A stretch of DNA of 64,000 bases from Dehalococcoidia bacterium (GCA_965207305.1 CBDBMB010000002.1:303344-367343), one strand, 5' to 3'; counted from the first letter of the stretch, positions 18,652 to 27,734 are shown. The notes: a model not told the origin generated them from the letters alone. Numbers and translations: made by a program.

Positions 18652-20712
18652 ATGGGCGGCGGCCCCGGACGGTTGGGCACGACGACGCGGCTCGGGGCCC
18701 TGGCGGCGGGCGCGGCGTACCTGCTTGCCGCCGCGGCCGTGCTGCTTGCCGCCTGCTCGGATTTGGGACGCACCCCGGCTGGCGAGACGCCGCCCCCCGC
18801 GCCGCCCGAGGTCTCATCCCCCAGCCCGGAGGCATGGCCTTCTCCCACCATCGTACCCGGCGATGCGCCCACGGTCGGCGGGGCGTCGACGCCCGCGCCC
18901 ACCTCCCCCGGCCCCGGCCAGCCGCGGACGCCCTCCGCCGGCCGGCCGTCCACGCCCTCCGTCGACCCCACCGGCGCCCCAGCCACCTCCCGGGTCTTCC
19001 CCGCCCCCCCGGAGAGGGACCTATACCATCTGACGGCATCTCTGGTGCTCAAGAGCAGCGACCCCATACCCCGGGTGGTGAACGTCGAGCCCGTCAGCTA
19101 TGCCGAGGGACGGGTGGACACCTTCTGGCTGACGGACCTCAGCGACGTCAGCAACTACCAGAGCGAGGCCACACTGGCCCTGGTGAGCCCCCACGCCTAT
19201 TGGTACGTGGAGGAGGGGCTCCGGGTGTCCCGGGACGATCTGGAGAAAGCGGCAGAGGCCTTCGAGGGGCAGATATACCCCCGGGTCACCGCCGCGTTCG
19301 GCACCGAGTGGGTGCCCGGGGTGGACAACGACCCCCACCTCACCATCCTTCACGCCCGGCTGAGCGGGGCCGGTGGCTACTTCTCCTCCGTGAACCAGTA
19401 CCCGACGCTGGTCCGTGAGCATAGCAACCAGCGCGAGATGATATACATGTCGTCGGGCCTAAGGGTCGGCTCCCGCCAGTACCTGGCCGTCCTGGCCCAC
19501 GAGCTGCAGCACGCCATCCACTGGAACGCCGACCCCTCCGAGGAGACGTGGGTGAACGAGGGCCTGGCGGAGGTGGCGACAGCCGTCGCCGGATACGAGA
19601 CCCTGAGCCCCCGGGCCTTCCTCCAGTCCCCCGGCGGCTCGCTGGTCAACTGGCCTTTGGACGGTTTCAACAGCGTCCACTACGGCGCGGGCAACCTGTT
19701 CTTCGAGTACCTGACGGGCCACTACGGGACGATGGAGGACATCGTCCTTCTGGTGACGGAGCCGGCGGACGGCATACGGGGCGTGGACGCCTACCTGTCC
19801 AGGCTGGGCTACGACGTCACCTTTCGAGACGTCTTTGGCGACTGGACCGTGGCCAACTACCTGGATGCTCCCAGCGGGCCCTACGGCTACCCGGACAGAG
19901 AGGTGAGCGTCCACGCCGACGGGCGGATGGACGAGCCCGGGATACGGACGTCATCCATCGACCAGTACTCGGCCGAGTACACGGCCATTGACATAATCCA
20001 GGGCGACGTGGTGGTCCGCTTCCAGGGAGATGCGGCAGTGCCCCTGGTACCGGACCCGCCCGAGGGTGCCGGCTGCTGGTGGAGCAACCGCGGCGACTCC
20101 ATCACCTCCACGTTGACCCGGGAGGTGGACCTGACCGGGGCCGGGGACGCCATGCTACGGTACGACGTCTGGTTCGACATTGAGGAGGACTGGGACTACG
20201 GCTACCTGCAGGTCTCCACCGACGGCGGCGAGACCTGGGACATCGTCGCCACCCCCGCCTCCTCGACGCACGACCCCGTGGGCAACAGCTACGGCCCCGG
20301 CTACACAGGCCGGAGCGACGGCTGGATCGACCAGCAGGTGGACCTGGGGGCCTACTCCGGGGAAGCCGTGCTGGTGCGGTTCAGCCACGTGACCGACGAC
20401 GCCATCAACGGCCTGGGGTTCTGCGTCTCCGGCCTGTCCCTCGGGGGCGGACCGCTGCTGGACAGGGACGGCGGTTGGGAGGCCGACGGCTTCGCCTGGG
20501 TCGACGGCCCCATCCCCCAGGAGTACGTCGTGCGGGTCATAGAGGTGGGCGAGGAGGTCCGCGTGCGGGAGATTCCCCTGGATGGGGACAACCGAGGCGA
20601 TCTCACGGTCACCGGCCTGAAGGACCTGGACGATCTGGTGGTGGTGGTCGCGGCCCTGGCCCCGGGGACGCTGACGCCGGCTTCCTACACGCTGACAGTC
20701 GCCCGGCCGTAG
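18652..20712 (+). CDS. putative lipoprotein zinc metalloprotease (HEXXH...E gluzincin-like) with C-terminal beta-rich domain
   Basis: Signal peptide with an LLAAC lipobox, then a Pro/Ser/Thr-rich linker. HELQHAIH is followed by NEGLAE. The C-terminal YLQVSTDGGETWDIV segment resembles InhA/M6-type accessory domains. Confidence 0.6.
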   Translation: MGGGPGRLGTTTRLGALAAGAAYLLAAAAVLLAACSDLGRTPAGETPPPAPPEVSSPSPEAWPSPTIVPGDAPTVGGASTPAPTSPGPGQPRTPSAGRPSTPSVDPTGAPATSRVFPAPPERDLYHLTASLVLKSSDPIPRVVNVEPVSYAEGRVDTFWLTDLSDVSNYQSEATLALVSPHAYWYVEEGLRVSRDDLEKAAEAFEGQIYPRVTAAFGTEWVPGVDNDPHLTILHARLSGAGGYFSSVNQYPTLVREHSNQREMIYMSSGLRVGSRQYLAVLAHELQHAIHWNADPSEETWVNEGLAEVATAVAGYETLSPRAFLQSPGGSLVNWPLDGFNSVHYGAGNLFFEYLTGHYGTMEDIVLLVTEPADGIRGVDAYLSRLGYDVTFRDVFGDWTVANYLDAPSGPYGYPDREVSVHADGRMDEPGIRTSSIDQYSAEYTAIDIIQGDVVVRFQGDAAVPLVPDPPEGAGCWWSNRGDSITSTLTREVDLTGAGDAMLRYDVWFDIEEDWDYGYLQVSTDGGETWDIVATPASSTHDPVGNSYGPGYTGRSDGWIDQQVDLGAYSGEAVLVRFSHVTDDAINGLGFCVSGLSLGGGPLLDRDGGWEADGFAWVDGPIPQEYVVRVIEVGEEVRVREIPLDGDNRGDLTVTGLKDLDDLVVVVAALAPGTLTPASYTLTVARP

Positions 20713-20776
20713 CGCACACGCGGCAACCGCCGGGAGAGCCCCCGCTGCTACACCAGCCCCGCTTTGGCTCTCAGCC

Positions 20777-20816
20777 CCCGTCGTCCCGGCGAAGGCCGGG
20801 ACCCAGGGGTGGGGAG
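20777..20816. repeat. REP-like hairpin element, copy 3
   Basis: CCCGTCGTCCCGGCGAAGGCCGGGACCCAGGGGTGGGGA. The hairpin TCCCGGC-GAAG-GCCGGGA (20784-20801) differs from copies 1 and 2 by a paired T>C / A>G change that preserves the stem. Confidence 0.8.
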
Positions 20817-20834
20817 GGCACCCCACCCCGTTTT
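20806..20834 (+). terminator. candidate intrinsic terminator after the metalloprotease gene
   Basis: GGGGTGGGG-AGGGCA-CCCCACCCC (9-bp perfect stem) followed by GTTTT. Confidence 0.5.
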
Positions 20835-20863
20835 CGTGGCATTCCGGGTGGAGGCAGGCCCCC

Positions 20864-21448
20864 TCAGCCTACGTGCTTGGAGAGCATGGCCCGTATCTCG
20901 GCCACCGAGTGACGCATCCACTCGGCGAACCGCTCCTGGTTCAGGGGGCGGGCCAGGACGCGGACCCGCTGCTCGTCGGCGTCGGGGTTCTCCCGCTTCA
21001 CGCGCTCCTGGATCTCGTCCATCTCCCGGTCGGCCACGGCGGGGCGCTCTATCCAGTGGTCTATGTACTCGTGGTCCCCGGTGTAGAACACCACCGCCGG
21101 TATGGAGGCGTACTTTCCCTCTTTGAGGAACTCGTTCATGATGTCCATGTGGGAGTCCCTGGGGAATACCCGCATCTCGAACCCGCCCGCCTCGGCGATG
21201 CGGGCGGCCACGGGCATGCCCCGGTACACGTCGGGGCACCAGTCCTCGCCGATGACCATCATCTTGGCCGGGCCGCCCGCCTGGCCCGCGGCTTGTCGGA
21301 AGAACTCCGCGTCGTCCTCGTCGAGGTGGAAGGTGTCGTACAGCTTCTCGAACCAGCTCTTGTTGAGCTTGATCTGGTCCACGTATTCCTGGTAGGTGAA
21401 CCCGCTGGCGAACCTCTCCGGAGTCACCACGCTAGTCTCTCTGGCCAT
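20864..21448 (-). CDS. thioredoxin-fold protein (single-Cys WCxD type)
   Basis: The ATG at 21448 follows AGAGGAGGA. It has the EDWCPDV motif and is 194 aa. The track ORF extends to 21490. Confidence 0.7.
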   Translation of the reverse strand: MARETSVVTPERFASGFTYQEYVDQIKLNKSWFEKLYDTFHLDEDDAEFFRQAAGQAGGPAKMMVIGEDWCPDVYRGMPVAARIAEAGGFEMRVFPRDSHMDIMNEFLKEGKYASIPAVVFYTGDHEYIDHWIERPAVADREMDEIQERVKRENPDADEQRVRVLARPLNQERFAEWMRHSVAEIRAMLSKHVG

Positions 21449-21520
21449 GTCTCCTCCTCTTTGGATGGACTGGGCGGTGGACTTTGACACAAAGTCGTGT
21501 CTTGGATGGCCTTGCGGCCG

Positions 21521-22486
21521 TCAGGGGCGGGCGCCGAACCCCTCGGTGGTGCTGTACCTCTCCCTGACCATCTGCTCGGGCAGGTACTTCTCCTCCAGCT
21601 TCTGGTAGTGCTGGAAGTCGCCCATGGTGTGGTGGTTCTCGGTGGGGTGGCCCCTGGTCAGGCGCTCCAGACGTAGCTGGGCCTGCTCCTGGTTGTCCGC
21701 CAGGTCCTTGAGGAAGTCCCACTCGGCGTACATGGCCGCGTGGATGGCCCCCAGGCTTATGAAGATGAACCTGTACCCCATGTCGGCCAGGTCCTTGAAA
21801 GATGGCGGGTCCTCCAGCACCGACCAGCTCAGGGAGGAGGAGTAGTTGAAGGCCATGGGGGTGCCGGGGAAGGAGCCCTGTATCTCCCGGGCGAACACCT
21901 CGGCGTCGGCCAGGTCCGTGCCCGGGAACTCGGACCACACCATATCGGCCCCGGCGTCGGCATAGCGCTTGCCCCGGTCGATGGCCTCCTCCAGGCTGCC
22001 GCCCACCGCGCTGACGGCGTCGGTGCGGGCGATTATGAAGAAGTCGGGGTCGGACTTGGCCTCGACGGCGGCCCTTATCTTCAGGACCGCCTCCTCTACG
22101 GGTATGCAGTACTTCCCAGCCAGGTGGCCGCAGCGCTTGGGGAGCCGCTGGTCCTCGATATGTATGCCGGCCACGCCCGTCCGCTCGTACTCCTGCACCG
22201 TCCGCTGGGTGATCAGGGCGTTGCCGTAGCCATCGTCGGCGTCGGAGATGACCGGGAGGTCCGTGGCCGAGACCATGTTCTTGGCCCAGCCCGTCATCTC
22301 GGTCATGGTGGGAAACCCCAGGTCGGCCCTGCCCAGGTGGCCCAGCGCCGACGAGAGCCCGCTCATGTATACGCACTTGAGCCCCACGGCCTGGGCTATC
22401 TTGGCCTGCAGGGGCGTGAACATGCCCGTGGTGAACACGTACGGCTCCGAGGCCAGAAGCCTGCGAAACTCGGCGCTCTTGCTCAT
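21521..22486 (-). CDS. isocitrate lyase / PEP mutase family enzyme, second copy
   Basis: The ATG at 22486 follows GAGGAGGG. Motifs: VYMSGLS, SDADDGYG, IEDQRLPKRCGH. Confidence 0.85.
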   Translation of the reverse strand: MSKSAEFRRLLASEPYVFTTGMFTPLQAKIAQAVGLKCVYMSGLSSALGHLGRADLGFPTMTEMTGWAKNMVSATDLPVISDADDGYGNALITQRTVQEYERTGVAGIHIEDQRLPKRCGHLAGKYCIPVEEAVLKIRAAVEAKSDPDFFIIARTDAVSAVGGSLEEAIDRGKRYADAGADMVWSEFPGTDLADAEVFAREIQGSFPGTPMAFNYSSSLSWSVLEDPPSFKDLADMGYRFIFISLGAIHAAMYAEWDFLKDLADNQEQAQLRLERLTRGHPTENHHTMGDFQHYQKLEEKYLPEQMVRERYSTTEGFGARP

Positions 22487-22562
22487 AGTCCCGGTCCCTC
22501 CTCGTTGGTCGTTGCCCGTGCCCTCGAGTCCCCGGACGGCCACGCCGCCCCTAGGCCAGCGC

Positions 22563-22775
22563 TCACCCCACCTCGCCCTCGAAGCCTATCTCCACGCGGC
22601 CGTCGGGATGGATGATGGTCGGCGCCGAGTCCGAGTACTCCAGGAGCTGGTCCAGCCACTCCTGGTTGTCGTCCACCTGGCGCTCCTCGTATTCGATCCC
22701 CTGGAGAGCCCACGACTCTCGCAGCTTGATGCAGGTGGGTCAGGTGGCCAGTGTGTATACGATGGGCTTGTCCAC
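22563..22775 (-). CDS. glutaredoxin/NrdH-like redox protein with in-frame TGA (candidate selenocysteine, U-P-T-C motif)
   Basis: GTG at 22775 lies 5 nt after GGAGG. Translation is MDKPIVYTLAT-[TGA 22742-22740]-PTCIKLRESWALQGIEYEERQVDDNQEWLDQLLEYSDSAPTIIHPDGRVEIGFEGEVG, ending at the stop at 22563. G/C third-position bias holds on both sides of the TGA. The gene is not in the ORF track because the TGA splits it. Confidence 0.65.
22701..22724 (-). other. candidate bacterial SECIS hairpin
   Basis: The mRNA can fold as CUG-C-GAGAG / UCGUGGG / CUCUC-CAG (8 bp, one bulge, G-containing 7-nt loop). It starts 16 nt after the UGA. Confidence 0.4.
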
Positions 22776-23238
22776 GGCGGCCTCCGGAAGGGGTGCAGGC
22801 TGGCGGCGGCGGGAGCGCCCCTCGAGGCCCCCCGGCTCGTAACGCATGGTAGCACGGGGCTACGGGCGTGGCAAGTGAGCCGGCGCTCCGGCCGGCCACG
22901 GGTGAAGAGGCGGCTATAGCCCGACCAGCTCGATGCGGTTTTTCCGCTCAGGCCTGTCGAGGGTGGCGTCCGGGCCGGCACGTTGTGACAAGCATCGGGC
23001 GAGATGGGCCCTGTCTTAGTAAAGGTCCTCTCGCTTGAGGCTCAGGCCCTTGGGCCACCTGGCTGTGGGGTGGACGGGCCACACCTCGTCGAGGCTGGGC
23101 TTGGGAGCGGGTTCCGGCTGCTCCTGCTCCTTATCCATCGGTGTCTGGTCTTGCGTCATCTCGACCCTATTGCAGTCAGTTCGTACAGGCCAGTCGAGCA
23201 TGTCGATCGAGGAGGGAAGCTTGAGCCACCGCCCGATC

Positions 23239-24588
23239 CTACGCCAGGGACTTCAGCAGCCTGATCTCGTCCGACAGCAGCCTTGGCGTGAGGAAGTTGG
23301 CGCGTATGTGCTTGCGGCCGTTTTGGCCCATCCTCCGGGCCTTGGCTGGGTGTTGCAGGAGGTGCAAGACCCTCTCGGCGCACTCCTCGATGCTGTCCAC
23401 CAGGTAGCCGTCGCGGCCGTCTTCGAGCTGGAGGGGTATCCCTCCGGCGCGGCCCGCCACGACGGGGCTGCCCTTCCACAGGGCCTCGGACACCACCAGC
23501 CCGAACCCCTCCCGTATGGACTTCTGGATCACCACGTCGGAGTAGCGTTGGAAGGCGTTGACTTCGATGCTGCTGGCCGCCGTGTAGTTTGTGAACAGGT
23601 AGATGTCGGTGTCGCCCCGGGTGGCCTCGACCACCTGGTCGTATATCCGCCAGCCCTCCGGGTCGTCCATGGCCAGGTGCCCCAGCATGGCGAGCTGGAG
23701 GCCGGGCATCTGCTCCCTGACCATCCTGTACGCCTGTATCACGCCCATGGGGTCCTTCCACGGGTCGAAGCGTGACACCTGCGTGACCAGGGGCCTGTCC
23801 GGGTCGATGCCAAGCCAGTTGACGATCCGCCTGCAGAGGTCCTTGCTCAAGGAGAGGTTCTTGGGGCTCAGCGGGTCGATGGCCGGGGGTATCAGGGAGA
23901 CCTTGTCCCGGGGGACGTCCGGGGAGACGTAGGCATCCATGGTGAACACCATGGCGTCGTAGGGCTCCGTGTACGGCCGCAGGAAGTTCCACACCGCGGG
24001 ACTGGGCGCCGAAGTGTCGATGTGGCAGCGCCAGACCCACCTGGCCCCCGCGCCGCCGTGAAGCGCCCTGATGGGCAGGGGTTGGGGGTCGTGGACCACC
24101 ACGAAGTCGTAGCCGTCATCCAGGCGCCGGGAGTTCCGCTGGTTGGTGGCCAGGTAGGCGTCCCGGCCGGCGTCGTCCAGCTCGTACGATCCGCCCTGGA
24201 GGGCGTTGTGGAAGCCCTTGGTCACGTTGAAGAAGGGGTCGTCGCCGCGGATCGTCTTCCAGTGGGCGTCGATGCCCAGGCTCCTGAGTAGTGGTACGTG
24301 AGAGCGCAGCAGCTCGGCGACGCCCCCTCCGTAGGGCGTGGAGTTCAGCTGGAGCACCCGGGCCCCCTTCAGGTCCGACGCCAGCTCCTTCAGGGCGTCC
24401 ACCGTGTCCCGTCCGGCGGCGGACGCATAGCTCTCGATGGACAGGTCCCCAACACGCACACTGTCCAGCCCTTGAGCGGAGATCTCGTTCAGGAGCTCTA
24501 CCGACGCCTCTCGAGAAGCTCCGTTGTTCCTGGGGGAGAGACCGGTTGCGATTGTGACGCCATCGGTCCCGGTTACGGCTTCCGACAC
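23239..24588 (-). CDS. GT4 glycosyltransferase, trehalose-synthase (TreT)-like
   Basis: 449 aa. LNSTPYGGGVAE and HWKTIRGDDPFFNVTKGFHNALQG are typical of the TreT-type N-domain. The C-terminal half is GT1/GT4-like (EGFGLVVSEAL). The exact start is uncertain. Confidence 0.7.
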   Translation of the reverse strand: MSEAVTGTDGVTIATGLSPRNNGASREASVELLNEISAQGLDSVRVGDLSIESYASAAGRDTVDALKELASDLKGARVLQLNSTPYGGGVAELLRSHVPLLRSLGIDAHWKTIRGDDPFFNVTKGFHNALQGGSYELDDAGRDAYLATNQRNSRRLDDGYDFVVVHDPQPLPIRALHGGAGARWVWRCHIDTSAPSPAVWNFLRPYTEPYDAMVFTMDAYVSPDVPRDKVSLIPPAIDPLSPKNLSLSKDLCRRIVNWLGIDPDRPLVTQVSRFDPWKDPMGVIQAYRMVREQMPGLQLAMLGHLAMDDPEGWRIYDQVVEATRGDTDIYLFTNYTAASSIEVNAFQRYSDVVIQKSIREGFGLVVSEALWKGSPVVAGRAGGIPLQLEDGRDGYLVDSIEECAERVLHLLQHPAKARRMGQNGRKHIRANFLTPRLLSDEIRLLKSLA

Positions 24589-24833
24589 TCAACACCCCTT
24601 CTTCCTGACCGTCTACCCTGCTGCCAGAATCAAGATACCATACCACACAAGTCAACAAGGACCGCAACGACTCAGCGGCGGAGATTTGCCCGTTCCGGCG
24701 GAGGCTGGAGCCGGGCGGCCGGGGCCCGGGTCCACCCATGTTGACCGGGCTCTCGCCTCGATGGTAGCCTGACCTATGCCGGGAGCCCGGCTGGGCGCCG
24801 CACGCGCCCTTCACGAGCCGTGGAGGAGGTAGG

Positions 24834-25595
24834 ATGGCCGATATGAGGCAGAACCGGGTCAAGAGGGTCCTGAGGGAAGGCGGGTGCGCCGCCGTACTGG
24901 GTGGGGGGCCCAACAGCCCCGACGTCATCGACTACATGGGAGAGTCGGGCTTCGACGGCATGTGGCTGGAGACCGAGCACGGCTCCCTGACCTGGGAGCA
25001 GGTGGCCCACATGACCCGCGCCTGCGACCTGTGGGGCGTCACCTCCGTCTGCCGCGTCAACAGCAACGAGCCCTGGCTCATCACTAGGGCCCTGGACGTG
25101 GGCGCCACGGGCATCGTCGTGCCCCACGTCAACAGCAAGCAGGAGGCCGACCGGGCGGCCAAGTCGGCCAAGTACGGCCCCGAGGGGTACCGGGGCATGT
25201 ACACCGGGCGGCAGTCCTACGGCGTTGCCGACTACTTCCGCAGGTCCAACGAGGAGACGTTGGTGGTGGCCCTCCTAGAGGAGACGGAGGCCGTCGACAA
25301 CCTGGACGAGATACTGTCGGTGGACGGCATAGACGTGTACTTCATGGCCCCGTCGGACCTGGCCCAGACCATGGGACATACGGGCCAGCCGCGACACCCG
25401 GAGGTGCTGGCGGTCATCGACCGGTGCATCGAGCGCATCACGGCGGCGGGCAGGGTCGCCGGGGCTCTGGTGGCCGACGACACGGTTGAGGGGTACATCG
25501 AGAAGGGCGCGCGCTTCTTTCTGACCAGCTGGCTCCCGTGGCTCAGCGGCGGCGCGAGCGGGTTCCTCTCCAAGGTCCGGGCCAAGGGCGGCTGA
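24834..25595 (+). CDS. HpcH/HpaI family aldolase
   Basis: 253 aa; GGAGGAGG RBS. The FDGMWLETEHG and GIVVPHVNS patterns are present. Confidence 0.85.
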   Translation: MADMRQNRVKRVLREGGCAAVLGGGPNSPDVIDYMGESGFDGMWLETEHGSLTWEQVAHMTRACDLWGVTSVCRVNSNEPWLITRALDVGATGIVVPHVNSKQEADRAAKSAKYGPEGYRGMYTGRQSYGVADYFRRSNEETLVVALLEETEAVDNLDEILSVDGIDVYFMAPSDLAQTMGHTGQPRHPEVLAVIDRCIERITAAGRVAGALVADDTVEGYIEKGARFFLTSWLPWLSGGASGFLSKVRAKGG

Positions 25596-25696
25596 GCCGT
25601 GGCCCTGGCCCGCTCCGCCCCGGCCCGCTCCGTATGCGGGGCCGAGCGGTCAAGTGACAACGTGACGGGCCCGGCGGGCCCGGAAAGGCGGACAAC

Positions 25697-26677
25697 GTGG
25701 CTACTCTGGTGACCGGCGGGACCGGTTTCGTTGCCAGCAACATCGTCAGGACACTGGCCCAGCGGGGGCACGAGGTGGTGTGCTTCGACCTGGTGCCGCC
25801 CAACGACCTGGTGAAGGCGTACCATTCGGAGCACTCCTCGTCCATCACCTACGTCCAGGGGGACATCCTGAAGCCCGCGGACCTGGAGGGGGCCGCGGCC
25901 GGCCGCGGCGTCACCAAGATCGTCCACGCCGCCGTGTTCACGGGCATCCGCAGGGACATCGAGCGGGACCGCAGCCGCTCCATCGTGGACATCAACGTCA
26001 CGGGCACGGCCAACCTGCTGGACCTGGCCACCACCCTGTCCATGGAGAGGTTCCTGTACGTCAGCTCCGGGTCGGTGTATGGCGAGGGACTCGACCCGGC
26101 TGGCATCCTTCAGGAGGAGATCCAGCTATACCCACACACGCTGTACGCCTCCACCAAGTACGCCAGCGAGCTGCTCACCCGCCGCTATGGGGAGCTGCAC
26201 GGGTTCCCGACCGTGAGCACGCGCCTCAGCTCCCCCTACGGCCCCATGGAGCGGGTCACCGGCCACCGGGCCGTGATGTCCGTCCTGTACGAGTGGACCC
26301 GGGACGTGGTCCGCGGCGACGCGATACGTCTCGGCGACCGCACCGCCAGCCGGGACTACACCTACGTGGCCGACACCGCCTCGGCCATCTGCTCCATACT
26401 CGATGCCCCGTCCCTGTCTTACGGCGAGTACAACATCGCCTCCGGCTATGCCCCCACGCTGGAGGAGATCGCCCGGGCCATGAAGGAGGCCAGGCCGTCG
26501 GTCCAGATCGTCGACGACCCGGGCCACCAGGAGCAGAGCCTACGCCCTGACACGGCCCGGGGCTGCATGGACGTGACGCGCCTGCGGGAGGACGTGGGGT
26601 TCCGGCCGGCCTACGACCTGGTGTCGGGCATCAGGGAGTATCTGGAGTGGCGGGAGGCCTCGGGCTTCCGGGACTGA
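25697..26677 (+). CDS. NAD-dependent epimerase/dehydratase family protein
   Basis: GTG start. VTGGTGFVASN is a Rossmann motif and YASTKYASE is the YxxxK motif. Confidence 0.85.
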   Translation: MATLVTGGTGFVASNIVRTLAQRGHEVVCFDLVPPNDLVKAYHSEHSSSITYVQGDILKPADLEGAAAGRGVTKIVHAAVFTGIRRDIERDRSRSIVDINVTGTANLLDLATTLSMERFLYVSSGSVYGEGLDPAGILQEEIQLYPHTLYASTKYASELLTRRYGELHGFPTVSTRLSSPYGPMERVTGHRAVMSVLYEWTRDVVRGDAIRLGDRTASRDYTYVADTASAICSILDAPSLSYGEYNIASGYAPTLEEIARAMKEARPSVQIVDDPGHQEQSLRPDTARGCMDVTRLREDVGFRPAYDLVSGIREYLEWREASGFRD

Positions 26678-26716
26678 CCGCTCTGCGCCCCTAAGCTTGG
26701 GCCCTACGCCTTGGCC

Positions 26717-27646
26717 CTAAGCTTGCGGCGGAGGGGCCGGGGCCGGGTTGGGCAGTTCGACGCCTATGGTGGCCGGGAACACCCGGACCAGGTCCTCCAC
26801 GCTCCACCGCCCCTCGGCATGGATGGTCTTCACCGGCTCCGGCTCGTTGAGGAGGCTCACCAGGCCGCCGGCAACGTGGAACACGTGCCCGTTGACGTGG
26901 CCCGCCTCGTCCGACGCCAGCCAAACGGTGAACGGCGCCAGGTCGTCTGCCTCTCCGCGCACCGCCTCGGTGGCGTCCCCTCCGCCTCCCGATATCCCCC
27001 GTTGCGAACGCAGGTCCCGCGCCGCACCGGGCACGCTCACGATCATGCGGGTGGAGGCGCTGGGGGAGATGGCGTTGGCCGTGACCCCGTAGCGGCCCAT
27101 GTCCCTGGCCACCACCCGGGTGAACCCGGCGATGCCGTCCTTGGCCGCTCCATAGTTGGCCTGTCCGGAGTTTCCGTAGAGCCCCGAGGTGGAGCTGAAG
27201 GTGATGACACGCCCCGACCGCTGCTGCCGGAACAGGATGCAGGCGTGCTTCACCACGGCGAAGGTGCCCTTCAGGTGCACGGCGATGACGTCGTCCCACT
27301 CCTGCTCGGTCATGTTGAACACCATGCGGTCCCGCAGTATGCCGTGGCACGTGACGACGACGTCCAGCTTGCCGAAGGCGTCGACGGCGGCCTGGACCGC
27401 CGCCTCTCCTCCCTCCATGGTGGCCACCGACTCGTGGCAGGCGACGGCGGAGCCGCCCGCCTCGGTTATCTCCCGGACCACCTGGTCCGCCGGGGTGGCG
27501 TCGGCCCCCGTCCCGTCTATGTTCACACCCGGGTCGACTACCACGACCCTGGCCCCCTGGGCGGCCATGAGCAGGGCGATGCCCCTCCCGATGCCCCGTC
27601 CGGAGCCGGTGACGATGGCTACCTTGTCCTGGACCAGACCCTCCAC
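26717..27646 (-). CDS. SDR oxidoreductase (MFE-2 / 3-hydroxyacyl-CoA dehydrogenase-like), copy A
   Basis: GTG start after GGGAGG. Motifs: TGSGRGIGRG and NYGAAKDG (YxxxK). The 5' two-thirds are nearly identical to copy B. Confidence 0.85.
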   Translation of the reverse strand: MEGLVQDKVAIVTGSGRGIGRGIALLMAAQGARVVVVDPGVNIDGTGADATPADQVVREITEAGGSAVACHESVATMEGGEAAVQAAVDAFGKLDVVVTCHGILRDRMVFNMTEQEWDDVIAVHLKGTFAVVKHACILFRQQRSGRVITFSSTSGLYGNSGQANYGAAKDGIAGFTRVVARDMGRYGVTANAISPSASTRMIVSVPGAARDLRSQRGISGGGGDATEAVRGEADDLAPFTVWLASDEAGHVNGHVFHVAGGLVSLLNEPEPVKTIHAEGRWSVEDLVRVFPATIGVELPNPAPAPPPQA

Positions 27647-27734
27647 GGCGGGTCACCTCCCGTTCTGGGCTTCACCTTTATGGCCTCCGCGACTCCATAG
27701 CCATTCCGGGCCGTAGGCTAGGCATTCATGGCCC

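Noticed and set aside
22483-22981. Track ORFs 22483..22899 (-), 22586..22981 (-) and 22612..22842 (+)
   Set aside because: Their translations are Arg/Pro/Gly-rich and lack motifs. The third minus-strand frame gives a complete Grx/NrdH-like protein, interrupted only by the TGA at the redox position.
23016-23201. 61-aa minus-strand ORF (…WPKGLSLKREDLY) downstream of the TreT-like gene
   Set aside because: There is no RBS before either candidate ATG (the upstream sequence is CCTCC-type) and I recognise no family. I left it uncalled. The 390-nt gap 22848-23238 otherwise has no feature I can support.
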